64,000 bases of DNA from Nannocystales bacterium (GCA_050633305.1 JBOEGF010000024.1:352001-416000); one strand, 5' to 3'; shown: positions 48,843-58,389, numbered from the stretch's first letter. A program made the numbers and translations. Notes: generated by a model from the sequence alone, not told the origin.

Positions 48843-51086
48843 GTGGTCATTCCTGGAACTTCCTGTCGACCGCTCATCCTGAATCCGGACGCTGTCGAGG
48901 ACGCGAAACGGCTCGCCGAGCTTCAGGCACGCCCTGAGGTCCAGACCTGCGATGAGCTTCAAACGCAGCTGGAGGGGCTTGCCGTCTGTCGCTCCCCGAA
49001 AGCTCGGTTGGACCGAGATGCACCGGGGCTGCAGAAGGCGGTTGCGGCACTCGCGGCCTCACCGGTCTACCAAGCGAGGCGTTGGGTCTACTACCCGTGG
49101 CGGAACCGACTCGTCCACGTGCTTGGCCCGGACGAATTCGCGGAGCTTCGCTCGAACCGCAACCTCTTCAAGCTCGACCCCCAGCAGCAGCGGGACCTTC
49201 GCACGAAGACCGTCGGCATCGTCGGGCTGTCGGTGGGGCGCGCGAGTGCAGCGACGATGGCTCTGGAGGGGCTCGCGGGCTGCTATCGGCTGGCGGACTT
49301 CGACACGCTGGAGCTCTCCAATCTCAACCGGCTTCGGTGTTCTGTCGCCGACCTGGGGATCAACAAGGCGGTTCTTGCCGCCCGGGAACTCTACGAACTC
49401 GACCCGTACTTGGACGTCGAGGTCTACGAGGATGGCATCACCGAGGGCAACATCGAGGACTTCCTCGGCGGGCTCGACCTGCTCGTGGAGGAGTGTGACG
49501 AGCTGTCCATGAAGGTCCTGCTTCGAGAGCGCTGCCGGGACCTGCGGATCCCGGTCATCATGGAGACGAGCGATCGAGGCATGGTCGACGTCGAGCGGTT
49601 CGACCTGGAGCCGACCCGACCCCTTCTTCACGGGCTGATGGACGACGTCGCGGCGGCCTCACTCAAGGGGCTCTCCGACAAAGAAAAGGTACCTTTCGCA
49701 CTGCGGGTCCTCGGGGCGACGGATATGTCGGTTGACCTCGCAGCGTCACTGGTCGAGGTCGGGGAGTCGATCACGGGATGGCCTCAGCTCGCATCCGCGG
49801 TGGCAGTGGGCGGAGGCATCGTTGGGGACTTTGGCAGGCGAATCCTGCTCGACCAGCATCGCGCGTCGGGGCGGTTCTACGTCGACCTCGATGCGTTGCT
49901 GCACCCCGACCGCGCCGTGGCTATCGAGGTCCCGGAGTCACCGACATCCGACGAGCCTGCAGCGACCGAGGCTCTTTCTCCGCTGCGCAAGCGCGCCGCA
50001 CCGACGCAGCCGGTGACGGAGTCCGAGGTTCGGCAGCTCGTCGAGTACGGGATCCGTGCGCCCTCGGGAGGAAACAACCAGGGATGGAGCTTCCGGTTCG
50101 ACGGGAGCGCGCTGGAGTGCGCGATCGATCCCTCTCGCGTGCAAGACTTTCTGGAGTTCAACCGAACAGGCTCGACCCTGTCGCTCGGTGCGGCTGTCGA
50201 GAACATCGTGCTGGCCGCCGGCATGATGTCTGTCGAGGCGAACGTCGACTTCCAGCCCGACGGTGCGGATTCCGACGTCGTGTGCCGAATCCATCTGAGC
50301 AACGCGACGGACGTCGAGGCCGACCCTCTATCTCGATGGATCGACGAGCGTTGTACGTCCCGGGCTCGTGGGAACGGGCGGCGACTCGAACCAGACCACG
50401 CCGCGGCCATCGAGGCCGCGGTGCCGGCCCGTCAAGCTCGCCTGCAGCTCCTGCGGACGGACGAGGAGTTGGAAGCGGTAGGGGCGATCATGGGCACGAA
50501 CGACCGTGTGGCCATGCAGCACGAGGCGGTCCACAAGGAGTTGATGGGCGACGTTCGTTGGACCCAGCGTGAACTCGACACCCGCCGCGATGGCCTGGAT
50601 CTGAGCACCTTCGACATGAAGCCGTTCGAGAGAGCCGCGATGCGGGTACTGACGCGGTGGCCCGTGATGGAGAAGCTACGGGCCGGAAATCGGGGCATGA
50701 CCCTCGAGACCGCCACACGGCGCTCGGTCGCAGCATCCGCCGCCGTTGGCCTGTTGTCGGTGAAGGGTAGCGACGCCAAGGCCTACTTCGAGGGGGGCCG
50801 GGCCGCGCAGCGGATGTGGCTGGAGGTGACTCGGCTGGGCATCGCGATGCAGCCGATGACGGTCTTCCCCGCTCTGCTCGCGCGCCTGCGACGTGGGGGT
50901 GGTGCCGGGTTTGCCCAATGGCACAAAGCTCGGCTCACCGAACTCGGGGCGCGTTTCGACCGTCTGTACCCGCGGCCCTCGGACAGCGCGGACATCATGC
51001 TGTTCCGACTCGCCTACGCCCCCCTGGAGCAGACCCGAAGCGTGCGTCGGCGCATCGACGACGTCTTCCGCTACGAGCCACAGTGA
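48843..51086 (+). CDS. ThiF/E1-like adenylyltransferase fused to a nitroreductase domain (Rv1355c/OxzB-like)
   Basis: WVYYPWR, RSNRN, VGIVGLSVG, LADFDTLELSNLNR, EECD, WPQLAS; RAPSGGNNQGW and GGRAAQRMWL nitroreductase motifs. Confidence 0.9.
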   Translation: MVIPGTSCRPLILNPDAVEDAKRLAELQARPEVQTCDELQTQLEGLAVCRSPKARLDRDAPGLQKAVAALAASPVYQARRWVYYPWRNRLVHVLGPDEFAELRSNRNLFKLDPQQQRDLRTKTVGIVGLSVGRASAATMALEGLAGCYRLADFDTLELSNLNRLRCSVADLGINKAVLAARELYELDPYLDVEVYEDGITEGNIEDFLGGLDLLVEECDELSMKVLLRERCRDLRIPVIMETSDRGMVDVERFDLEPTRPLLHGLMDDVAAASLKGLSDKEKVPFALRVLGATDMSVDLAASLVEVGESITGWPQLASAVAVGGGIVGDFGRRILLDQHRASGRFYVDLDALLHPDRAVAIEVPESPTSDEPAATEALSPLRKRAAPTQPVTESEVRQLVEYGIRAPSGGNNQGWSFRFDGSALECAIDPSRVQDFLEFNRTGSTLSLGAAVENIVLAAGMMSVEANVDFQPDGADSDVVCRIHLSNATDVEADPLSRWIDERCTSRARGNGRRLEPDHAAAIEAAVPARQARLQLLRTDEELEAVGAIMGTNDRVAMQHEAVHKELMGDVRWTQRELDTRRDGLDLSTFDMKPFERAAMRVLTRWPVMEKLRAGNRGMTLETATRRSVAASAAVGLLSVKGSDAKAYFEGGRAAQRMWLEVTRLGIAMQPMTVFPALLARLRRGGGAGFAQWHKARLTELGARFDRLYPRPSDSADIMLFRLAYAPLEQTRSVRRRIDDVFRYEPQ

Positions 51087-51095
51087 GCCGAGGGC

Positions 51096-52655
51096 TCAGC
51101 TCTTGGCTCGGCGGCCCAGCTCTGCCATGCACGCATGGTGGTCCGGGAGCGTGGCCAAGAGGTGTTTCGTTCGCATTTGCACCTTCTCGATCGCCGAGTC
51201 TCCCACCGTGACGTGCTCGAGGATCGGGTAGGGGTTCTTTGGGATCCGTCCCATGCCGTCGAGGATGCAGGCGTAGCTCTGTCCCTTGAACACGGTGAAC
51301 TTGAGGCCGTCGAGGACCGGGAGGCAGACGTCAAACAGCTCCAACTTCTGTTGGAGGGAGTCTGGGACCTCGGTCTCGTTCGCGACCAACTTCCAAAACG
51401 AGGTGTCCCGGCGAGGCGAGGCCACGTAGTGCATCACGATGAAGTCGCGGAGCTCCAGGTACACGTCCTCCACCATGGCGTTGTACTTCCGCCGCAGGGG
51501 GGCCTCCATGTCGACGGTGGGAAACACCGGAAGCAGGGCGCCCAGCTGGTACTCGGTCAGGAAGATCCCCGTGGACTCGAGAGGCTCCAGGAAACAACTC
51601 GAGAGCCCGATCGCGATGCAGTTCTTGACCCACGGCGCAGGGTTGCGACCGATCCTCATCTGCAGATGGCGTGCGGGTTTGCCTTCGGCACGCTCTCCGA
51701 GGAAGGTTCGTAGCTCCGTTTCGGCCTGGTCCTTGGAAATGCAGTCATCCGAGTAGACGTAGCCACACCCGCTGCGGTTCATCAGCGGGACATCCCAGAC
51801 CCAGCCGTGCCCGATCGCGGTGGATGTTGTGTAGGGACGAAGGCTTCCGTCCTTGGGATCATCGCTGGTCTGGATCGCAACCGCTGCGTTGCACTTGAGC
51901 GAAGCGTGGTCGCTCAAGAAACGCTCGCCCAAGGCTTCGTTGATGATGCGGCCTCGGAACCCAGAGCAGTCGAAGAACAGTTCGCCTTCCAGGCGGCGGC
52001 CAGACTCCAAGGCGAGGCTGTCGACAAATCCGCGTTCGTCCAACTCGACATCGACCACGGTGTCGACCACGTGCTGAACACCCCGCGACTTCGCGGTCTC
52101 GCGCAGGACATCGGCGAGCAGTCCGGCGTCGACATGGTAGGCAGACCGAATCTCGTGCTCTGGGCTGTCCACGCGCCGAGGAGCCTTCATCGCGTCGCAC
52201 AGCGCCGCGGTGGGGTGGCACTCGTACGTCATCGGAAGACTGGTGCGACCCTCCAGACGTCGCTTGAGCCACTGGTGGTACATCGCAAAGCCGTGGTCGA
52301 CGACGGGGAAGTACGGCTTCTCGTACGGGGACAGCTGCGGGTCGGGCCGATCTCCGAACGGGTGGTAGAAGCCATCGAGAGGCCGGTCAGCGCTCATCCA
52401 CCCGTTGAACCGAATCGCGGTTTTGTAGGTTGCCGAGCAGCGGGGCATCCAGACGTCTTCCTCGAGCCCGAGGAACTCCAGCGTCGTTCGTAGCGTGGGG
52501 ATCGTGGCCTCACCGACGCCGACGGTCGGGACGTCGCGCGACTCCACGAGCGTGATGCGGGTCTCCGGGCTGAGGGCGCGGTTGAGGTACGCCGCGGTCA
52601 TCCACCCCGCCGTTCCGCCACCCAGGATGACAATCGATTCGACCTTCTTACCCAT
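51096..52655 (-). CDS. Flavin-dependent halogenase, tryptophan halogenase family
   Basis: GGGTAG FAD motif, VGVGEATIP, catalytic-Lys region ATYKTAIRF, WVWDVP (WxWxIP), FLEPLESTG. Confidence 0.92.
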   Translation of the reverse strand: MGKKVESIVILGGGTAGWMTAAYLNRALSPETRITLVESRDVPTVGVGEATIPTLRTTLEFLGLEEDVWMPRCSATYKTAIRFNGWMSADRPLDGFYHPFGDRPDPQLSPYEKPYFPVVDHGFAMYHQWLKRRLEGRTSLPMTYECHPTAALCDAMKAPRRVDSPEHEIRSAYHVDAGLLADVLRETAKSRGVQHVVDTVVDVELDERGFVDSLALESGRRLEGELFFDCSGFRGRIINEALGERFLSDHASLKCNAAVAIQTSDDPKDGSLRPYTTSTAIGHGWVWDVPLMNRSGCGYVYSDDCISKDQAETELRTFLGERAEGKPARHLQMRIGRNPAPWVKNCIAIGLSSCFLEPLESTGIFLTEYQLGALLPVFPTVDMEAPLRRKYNAMVEDVYLELRDFIVMHYVASPRRDTSFWKLVANETEVPDSLQQKLELFDVCLPVLDGLKFTVFKGQSYACILDGMGRIPKNPYPILEHVTVGDSAIEKVQMRTKHLLATLPDHHACMAELGRRAKS

Positions 52656-54561
52656 CGTGTTCTTCCTCTGCGTCGAGCTCATGCACCATCGGGTGCGGGC
52701 GTGTGACGAACTCCCGAATCCGCTCGATCAGGTCGGGCCCGTGAGACGCGTTGAGTACGGTCATCCACGCGTCGCCCAAAGATACGACGCGGTCGATCTC
52801 GAGGAGAAGCGCTTCGTCCTCCCGGGCAAAGTGGACGAAGTGGGAGCGCCCAAGTCCTGAGAACCACTGGCATGCGTGCGCCAGGAGTGCCGCGAACGCG
52901 CCAGGGTGGAGTGCCCCGTCGAGGGAGTAGAGCCGGCACGAATCTGTGAGGCGAAACAGATGGAGCCCCTCTTCGGTCGCGTCCAGAATCGACAGGGCGC
53001 TCGCTTCGCCGTCCACTTCGGCGACCATCACCACGCGCCGTCGCTCGAGCCCACCGGCGCTCCAATGCCCGTCACGGTCCGCCGGTTGCGTGAGTGTGTC
53101 CAGGCCCAGCGCGCTGATGTAGGGGCGGGTGAAGTCGCGGGTGAAGGCGGCGGTGGCTTTGGGGAGGTCGGAGTCCACAAGCTCTCGCACCAAGACTCCG
53201 TCCGGTGCCGTCACCTGCACGTCGGTGGGCACCTCGTACGCCGAGAACTCCGTGACGGATGCCTCGCCGGAGGACACAAACTCCGCCGGAACGTCGACAT
53301 GCACCTTGCGGCTCCAGGTCGCGGACTTCTGGACGTAGGTGACCAGCCACTGCGCACCGTGCTCGCGCACGTACTCGTAGGCGTGACGGTAGGCCTCGTA
53401 GAGCGCGCCTGCCCCCACTTCTCCGACGCCCTGTGGTTGGCGGCGACGGCTCACGTGATAGAGCAGCCAGGCACCCGGCCACTGCTGCAGCTGATGCATG
53501 GTGACGTCCGTATCACCGCTGACGATGTGCGTGCCCACCGGCGCCGCATTGCTGAGCTTTGCGTTCGCGTGGACGAAAGGCCCGCGCAGCTTTGCGAAGT
53601 CGGCAGTGGTTTTTCCCGAGAGCTGGAAGTAACCAGACTCGTCGTAGATCGACCAGAGGGTCTCCGGCGTTGCGGTTCCGGCAGCGCTCCGCGCGTAGAG
53701 GATCCTGCTGATGTCCTTGGCAAAGGAGTCCGGCGCTGAGGTCAGCTCGACGCCGACGAGCCGGAGCTCGGGTGTCTGAGTGGGCGAGACGTGTCGCACC
53801 ACGCAATCGACCTGCGAAGACCTTCCGCGCTCGGCTCCCACCGCCAGTCTCAACTCGAGACCTGGCCAAACCACATTTTGGGTCTGTGAGGCGTAAAAGG
53901 AGAGCCCTGCGACGGAGACGTCGTTGGCGGTTCCGCGAACCTTGACCCCAGCCAGCTCTGGGTGGGTACCCGTGACCGAAACCCGGGGATCGAGTCGCAC
54001 TCGCCGGTGACGGCGTCGGCGAACTCGGTCGAGGAACGGTGGGAGTCGTCCCGGATTGGCTGCCGGGATCCGCACCGTAGAGTACTCAAACTCTCGGTCC
54101 ACGGTCTGTTGCTGTCCCAAGGCATCGAGGGCCTCTCGGGGGTCGTCCCACAGACAGGACAAGAGTCGGCGGATGCGAACCGGTTCCGAGATCCGCTCCG
54201 TCGTGTCGGTCGTGCCGTTTGCGTGGCCGGGTCCGGTGCGTCCCGCGGCGGTGCGCGACAGACGGTATTCCCATTCTGCGAGGCGCTGCGAGCCGTCCGA
54301 GGTCGCGGCCTCGAACAGGACCCCCCGGGGTGCTTGCGGTGCCGTCGCGACACTTCGGTGGACCAGAAGGCTGCCTAGACCGACGTGTTCGAGGTTGGCG
54401 AGGAGAACGTCAGCGTTGCTGTAGTCCTCGGTCAGCTCGACGAGGAGACCTCCCGCCTTCGCTCGTCTTGCCCTCAGCCTAACCGCGCGTCCCGTCGCGG
54501 GCTCTTCAAAGTCGACGACCCATTTTTGTTTCGATTGGACCGTAGGAATTCCTTTTATCAC
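52648..54561 (-). CDS. PilZ domain protein with a C-terminal putative GNAT-like/acyltransferase region
   Basis: RxxxR (RRRRHRR) and DxSxxG (DVSVAG); the fold of the C-terminal ~350 aa alpha/beta region is inferred; 8-bp overlap with the halogenase start. Confidence 0.7.
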   Translation of the reverse strand: MIKGIPTVQSKQKWVVDFEEPATGRAVRLRARRAKAGGLLVELTEDYSNADVLLANLEHVGLGSLLVHRSVATAPQAPRGVLFEAATSDGSQRLAEWEYRLSRTAAGRTGPGHANGTTDTTERISEPVRIRRLLSCLWDDPREALDALGQQQTVDREFEYSTVRIPAANPGRLPPFLDRVRRRRHRRVRLDPRVSVTGTHPELAGVKVRGTANDVSVAGLSFYASQTQNVVWPGLELRLAVGAERGRSSQVDCVVRHVSPTQTPELRLVGVELTSAPDSFAKDISRILYARSAAGTATPETLWSIYDESGYFQLSGKTTADFAKLRGPFVHANAKLSNAAPVGTHIVSGDTDVTMHQLQQWPGAWLLYHVSRRRQPQGVGEVGAGALYEAYRHAYEYVREHGAQWLVTYVQKSATWSRKVHVDVPAEFVSSGEASVTEFSAYEVPTDVQVTAPDGVLVRELVDSDLPKATAAFTRDFTRPYISALGLDTLTQPADRDGHWSAGGLERRRVVMVAEVDGEASALSILDATEEGLHLFRLTDSCRLYSLDGALHPGAFAALLAHACQWFSGLGRSHFVHFAREDEALLLEIDRVVSLGDAWMTVLNASHGPDLIERIREFVTRPHPMVHELDAEEEHDG

Positions 54562-54657
54562 GACCGTCGTAAAACGACCTCGGTCTGGACCGCATTCCCG
54601 CAGTCCCTTCGTAGCTCATGCACGGCTTAGCCTGCATGGCCGAGGTGTCAAGGCGAG

Positions 54658-55230
54658 CTACCAGCCGCCCCAACCGTGGTTCATGTCGTCCCAGTCCCAA
54701 CAGACCAAGCCGGCGTAGGTGCCTGAGACGTTCCCCGTTGCCAGGTCGAGCTTCCCGCGGATGTGGATGAAGCCAGCGCCGCCTTCGAGGATCGTCAGCA
54801 ACGTGCTGAAGCGACCCGAGCCGGTGTCACCCGGAGGGCTCAGGTTCATCGAGCCGGTGTCGACACCGACGAACTCTCCATAGGTGGAATCGATGACGCT
54901 TGTCCCGGTGAAGAAGTTGACGAACGGAACGCGCGGGTCGTTCGTCGACATGAGTTGGTCCATCTCCAGGGCGTACTGTCCATTGAGGACACCGGAGAGT
55001 TCACCTGCGGTGCACAGGCCAACATCGGACTCGCACGGCGGAACAGGGACAGACATGGCACCGAACCAGCCGAACGCAGGAATGCAGATCATCTGATCCA
55101 TGTCCTGCTGCGGGTACGAGGCTGCCTCCTCCATCTGGCTTGAGACATGTCCGGCTTCTGCCTCTGCGGTAGGGGCGAGCCAGAGACCTGCGGCGAGTGC
55201 GAGCGGGGTGAGTTTTTTAATACCTTCCAT
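54658..55230 (-). CDS. Secreted beta-rich hypothetical protein (possible dirigent/allene-oxide-cyclase-like barrel)
   Basis: Signal peptide ending AEA, CESDVGLCTAG, Gly-rich beta strands, terminal Cys. Confidence 0.6.
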   Translation of the reverse strand: MEGIKKLTPLALAAGLWLAPTAEAEAGHVSSQMEEAASYPQQDMDQMICIPAFGWFGAMSVPVPPCESDVGLCTAGELSGVLNGQYALEMDQLMSTNDPRVPFVNFFTGTSVIDSTYGEFVGVDTGSMNLSPPGDTGSGRFSTLLTILEGGAGFIHIRGKLDLATGNVSGTYAGLVCWDWDDMNHGWGGW

Positions 55231-55289
55231 AGCTACCTTTCCGGAGGCCCGCGATGCTCGCGCAGCCCGCAGAATCGGTCTACGGGTCG

Positions 55290-55306
55290 GTTGCCACATT
55301 GGCAAC
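55290..55306. promoter_or_regulatory. Palindromic putative operator upstream of the 55230 gene
   Basis: GTTGCCA-CAT-TGGCAAC next to an AT-rich patch (55307-55340). Confidence 0.5.
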
Positions 55307-55743
55307 AGATATTTTGGGAAGGCAGGTTGCAATTATTTTCGCAGTTCGAAGATCCGGCTCACATCGACCCCTAGCCAGTCGAAATCGGCTCAACGACCTG
55401 CTGTCCACGTGGATTGCGGTTGGGACGAAAGGCCCACGCCAGGACAGCCGGCCGGCGCGCGCGCGGACCACGTCCCCCCCGAAACGCGGTCCGACCGCCG
55501 TTTCCAGGGCCGTTTACGCCCGATTATGACCTCGTGGAAACCCGGAGTCACGAGCTTCTTCGCTCAGTCCGCTGGGTCCGCCGCGGGCGTTTTCGCTCTG
55601 GTCTGCGGCCCGTTCTTGCACGGCAAGAGCGACGTGGTGCGAGCTGGCCGAAGGAACGGCGCGGATGAAAACGCGCAGAGGGGGGGGCGGATCGGGCTGG
55701 CCGCAGCGGTGATCGGCCGAGGTCGGGCAGCCGGTCGCCTGGA

Positions 55744-58320
55744 TCACCGGCCCGCGCGTTCCGACCAATTCTGCCGCTGCGGTCCCCGCGGTCCTCGCCG
55801 AGTCAACGCGCTGGCGACTCCGATCCATAGGAGCCACGTCGGGGCGAGAGGACACTGGCTCGTGGTGCACGCGCAACCGGACGGATCACCTTCGCTCTGG
55901 GCCTGTTCGGGTTCGGTATCGCTCTCGTCCTCGCCCTCGTCGTCGCCGGTCGCTCCCGAGCTCGCATCGGTCTCCCCGGCGTCGGGCTCCGCCACCCGAA
56001 CCATGACTTGCTCGGTCGTTTCGTTGCCCGCGTGGTCGATCCCGCGGACCTCGAGGAGGTGCTCCCCCGGGGGCAGGTAGACGTCGTCGCGCGCATCGCT
56101 GGGGTCCAACGTCTTGCGAATGCCCAAGCTCGGTACCCGTAGCTCCACACCGGGGTTTCCGGAGTCATCGGCGACCTCGAAGCGTAGGAGAAACGGGTCG
56201 CCGGCTTCGAGTTGCACCTCGTCGTTGGGCAAGCCGAGGAGGACTGGGGCTTGCGTATCGACGCGCTGCGGTCCGAACCGCGCCATCATCTCGCTGCGCT
56301 CGTTCTGCTCTCCAGGTGGGCAGAAGTTCGCATGTTCCTCGATGCACACCGGGCTGCTGGTCTCTTCGGAGATCTCCACGCAGCGGTCCAGGAGTGTGGC
56401 CTCCTCGACCGGAGAGAACGGCGACATCAATGATGCGTTGTCGATGACGTGGTCCAGTCCCCATGCGTGGGCGGCTTCATGCACGATCGTATTGGCGAGG
56501 GCTTGCTCCGAGTTGTTCTCAAAGGCGAGAACAAGCTCGCCCGAGAGACGGTCGCCGCAGTCGACTTGGCAGGCGTAGCCCTGCGTCGACGCGTCGAAGC
56601 CGAGTTGTTCGGGGGCGCCGCCGACGAGCACAGTCGTGTACGGCAGGCTTGGCTCGGGGCGGGACTCCCACACGACGTTGATGTCGAAGGGCTCCAGCTG
56701 TTGTCGAACATGCTCGACGGTCGCCTCGACAAAGGCTCGGTCGGCATCCAGTCCGGGGTAGTCGAACGCACCGTCGATGCAGCTCAATTGCTCGAGTCGA
56801 CCGTCGTTCCCCGGGCTCACGGACGCGCCATCGAAATCGAGATACAGAGTCTGTCCGCGGGGGACGACAGACCCCGCTTGGGTCGCTGCTGTGGCCTGCA
56901 CCGTGGGCGGTGGGGAGGGGCGCTCGACTCGCTCGGCGTTGGGGGGCAGTTCGAACTCGGCAAGCAAACCGACCTCGGCCGCGGCCAAACCCATGGACGT
57001 GCCACTGGCCAGCACGCGGTCTTCGTCCAAGACCACGAGTGCGGAAAAGTTGTCGGCGTGGTGCAGAGGGCCGTCATAGCGGATTTCCCTGCCTCGCGTT
57101 CCGTCGCCGCGATACTCGACGAGGAGACCGTCGCGGTCCCAGTCGACAGGTGCCGCCAGGCCCTCGTGTTCTTGGTAGCCCGCGACGATGACGGAGTCTT
57201 CGCCGGTCGCTGCCACGGCGGTGAGGCCGTCGTTACCGGGAAACGAGGCGGCTTCGATCGCATCCCACTGGTGCTCGCCTTCGAACGTGTACGCCGCGAC
57301 CCAGCCTTGCGAATGAAAATCTACCGTCTTCGTTGCGGTGTACCGGGCGGTGCCAACGATGACGACCTGTTCGCCTGCCACTGCGAGCCCATTTGCGCTG
57401 GACTCGAACGCGCCCTCGGGCATCGGCGGCCGGTCCTCCCAGAGCCGTTCGCCGGAGTTGGGGTCCAGCCTGAGGACGAACGCCTCGAGTCCGAGTTCTC
57501 CGCTGAAGTACAGGCCAACCTCCGGGTCGAACGCCCCGGATCGAACATTCTCAGTCACGCCGAAGCGAGGCTCGGACGAGCTCCAACGCAAGCCGTCGTC
57601 GGCGATGGAGTAGCGACCGAACCAGAGATCGATGTCATTCGTTTGAAGCTGTCCGCCGAGGAAGAGGTCACCATCGGGGCCGATCAGGACGACGGAGATG
57701 CCTTCGACGCCCAGAAGCTGCGACTCGCCGATGACGGAGCCATCGAGCGTGTAGGCGCCGATCACGGCGTCCGTACCTCCGTGCGCGCCGAAGCGCCGAC
57801 CCCCGACGAACAGCCGGTCGCCCCAGACGACAACGTCGCCGATCTGGTTGTGCGGAGGCGGTCCGAAGAACGACTTCCACTGTAGGTTGCCGTCCAGATC
57901 GTAGGCGAGCAGGGTGCTCGACCATTCCTGCCAAACGTCGGAGGCGTGATGGAGCACGAAGATCTGGTCGCCGGCGTGTTCGAGGCCATCGAACCATTCG
58001 GTGACCGCAGCGTCCGCGTCGATGCTCACCGACCAGCGAGGCTCGGACTCGTCCCGACACTCGGCGCTGCAGCCATCACCGGAGAGCGTGTTGTTGTCGT
58101 CGCACGCTTCCGCGTTGCTTTGGACACCGTCCCCGCAGACCGCGGTCGTGCAGTGGGGCGTGCAGGACAGGCCGGCCTCGTTGCCGATGCCCAGGTCGCA
58201 TGCCTCCGCCGAATCGACCAGACCATCGCCACACACCTCGGCGTGGGCTTGTGCTGGAAGGGTCAGCAGCAGCGTACACAGGCCCCACGATGCTGCACGC
58301 CCACTCCGTCGTCCGGCCAT
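55744..58320 (-). CDS. Surface metalloprotease: DUF4215-like repeats, beta-propeller, metzincin domain, Ig-like domain and MYXO-CTERM-like tail
   Basis: CGDG/CDDNN repeats, HEAAHAWGLDH with Met-turn SLMSP, GCAC-hydrophobic-RR C-terminus. Confidence 0.85.
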   Translation of the reverse strand: MAGRRSGRAASWGLCTLLLTLPAQAHAEVCGDGLVDSAEACDLGIGNEAGLSCTPHCTTAVCGDGVQSNAEACDDNNTLSGDGCSAECRDESEPRWSVSIDADAAVTEWFDGLEHAGDQIFVLHHASDVWQEWSSTLLAYDLDGNLQWKSFFGPPPHNQIGDVVVWGDRLFVGGRRFGAHGGTDAVIGAYTLDGSVIGESQLLGVEGISVVLIGPDGDLFLGGQLQTNDIDLWFGRYSIADDGLRWSSSEPRFGVTENVRSGAFDPEVGLYFSGELGLEAFVLRLDPNSGERLWEDRPPMPEGAFESSANGLAVAGEQVVIVGTARYTATKTVDFHSQGWVAAYTFEGEHQWDAIEAASFPGNDGLTAVAATGEDSVIVAGYQEHEGLAAPVDWDRDGLLVEYRGDGTRGREIRYDGPLHHADNFSALVVLDEDRVLASGTSMGLAAAEVGLLAEFELPPNAERVERPSPPPTVQATAATQAGSVVPRGQTLYLDFDGASVSPGNDGRLEQLSCIDGAFDYPGLDADRAFVEATVEHVRQQLEPFDINVVWESRPEPSLPYTTVLVGGAPEQLGFDASTQGYACQVDCGDRLSGELVLAFENNSEQALANTIVHEAAHAWGLDHVIDNASLMSPFSPVEEATLLDRCVEISEETSSPVCIEEHANFCPPGEQNERSEMMARFGPQRVDTQAPVLLGLPNDEVQLEAGDPFLLRFEVADDSGNPGVELRVPSLGIRKTLDPSDARDDVYLPPGEHLLEVRGIDHAGNETTEQVMVRVAEPDAGETDASSGATGDDEGEDESDTEPEQAQSEGDPSGCACTTSQCPLAPTWLLWIGVASALTRRGPRGPQRQNWSERAGR

Positions 58321-58389
58321 CGCGTCATCGTGCCACGGCGGGTCCACACGAATGGAGCGTTGGGATGGACTCGCTTCCGGGTCGTGGCG

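Noticed and set aside
44951..51086. GCP-repeat peptide plus ThiF-nitroreductase as a thiazole/oxazole RiPP (LAP/TOMM) cluster
   Set aside because: There is no YcaO cyclodehydratase, three unrelated genes intervene, and the enzyme matches the Rv1355c/OxzB small-molecule type.
54624..54651. Minus-strand TTGACA-16 nt-TAAGCC promoter for the PilZ gene
   Set aside because: The -10 match is weak and the spacer short, so it is not supported enough to list as a feature.
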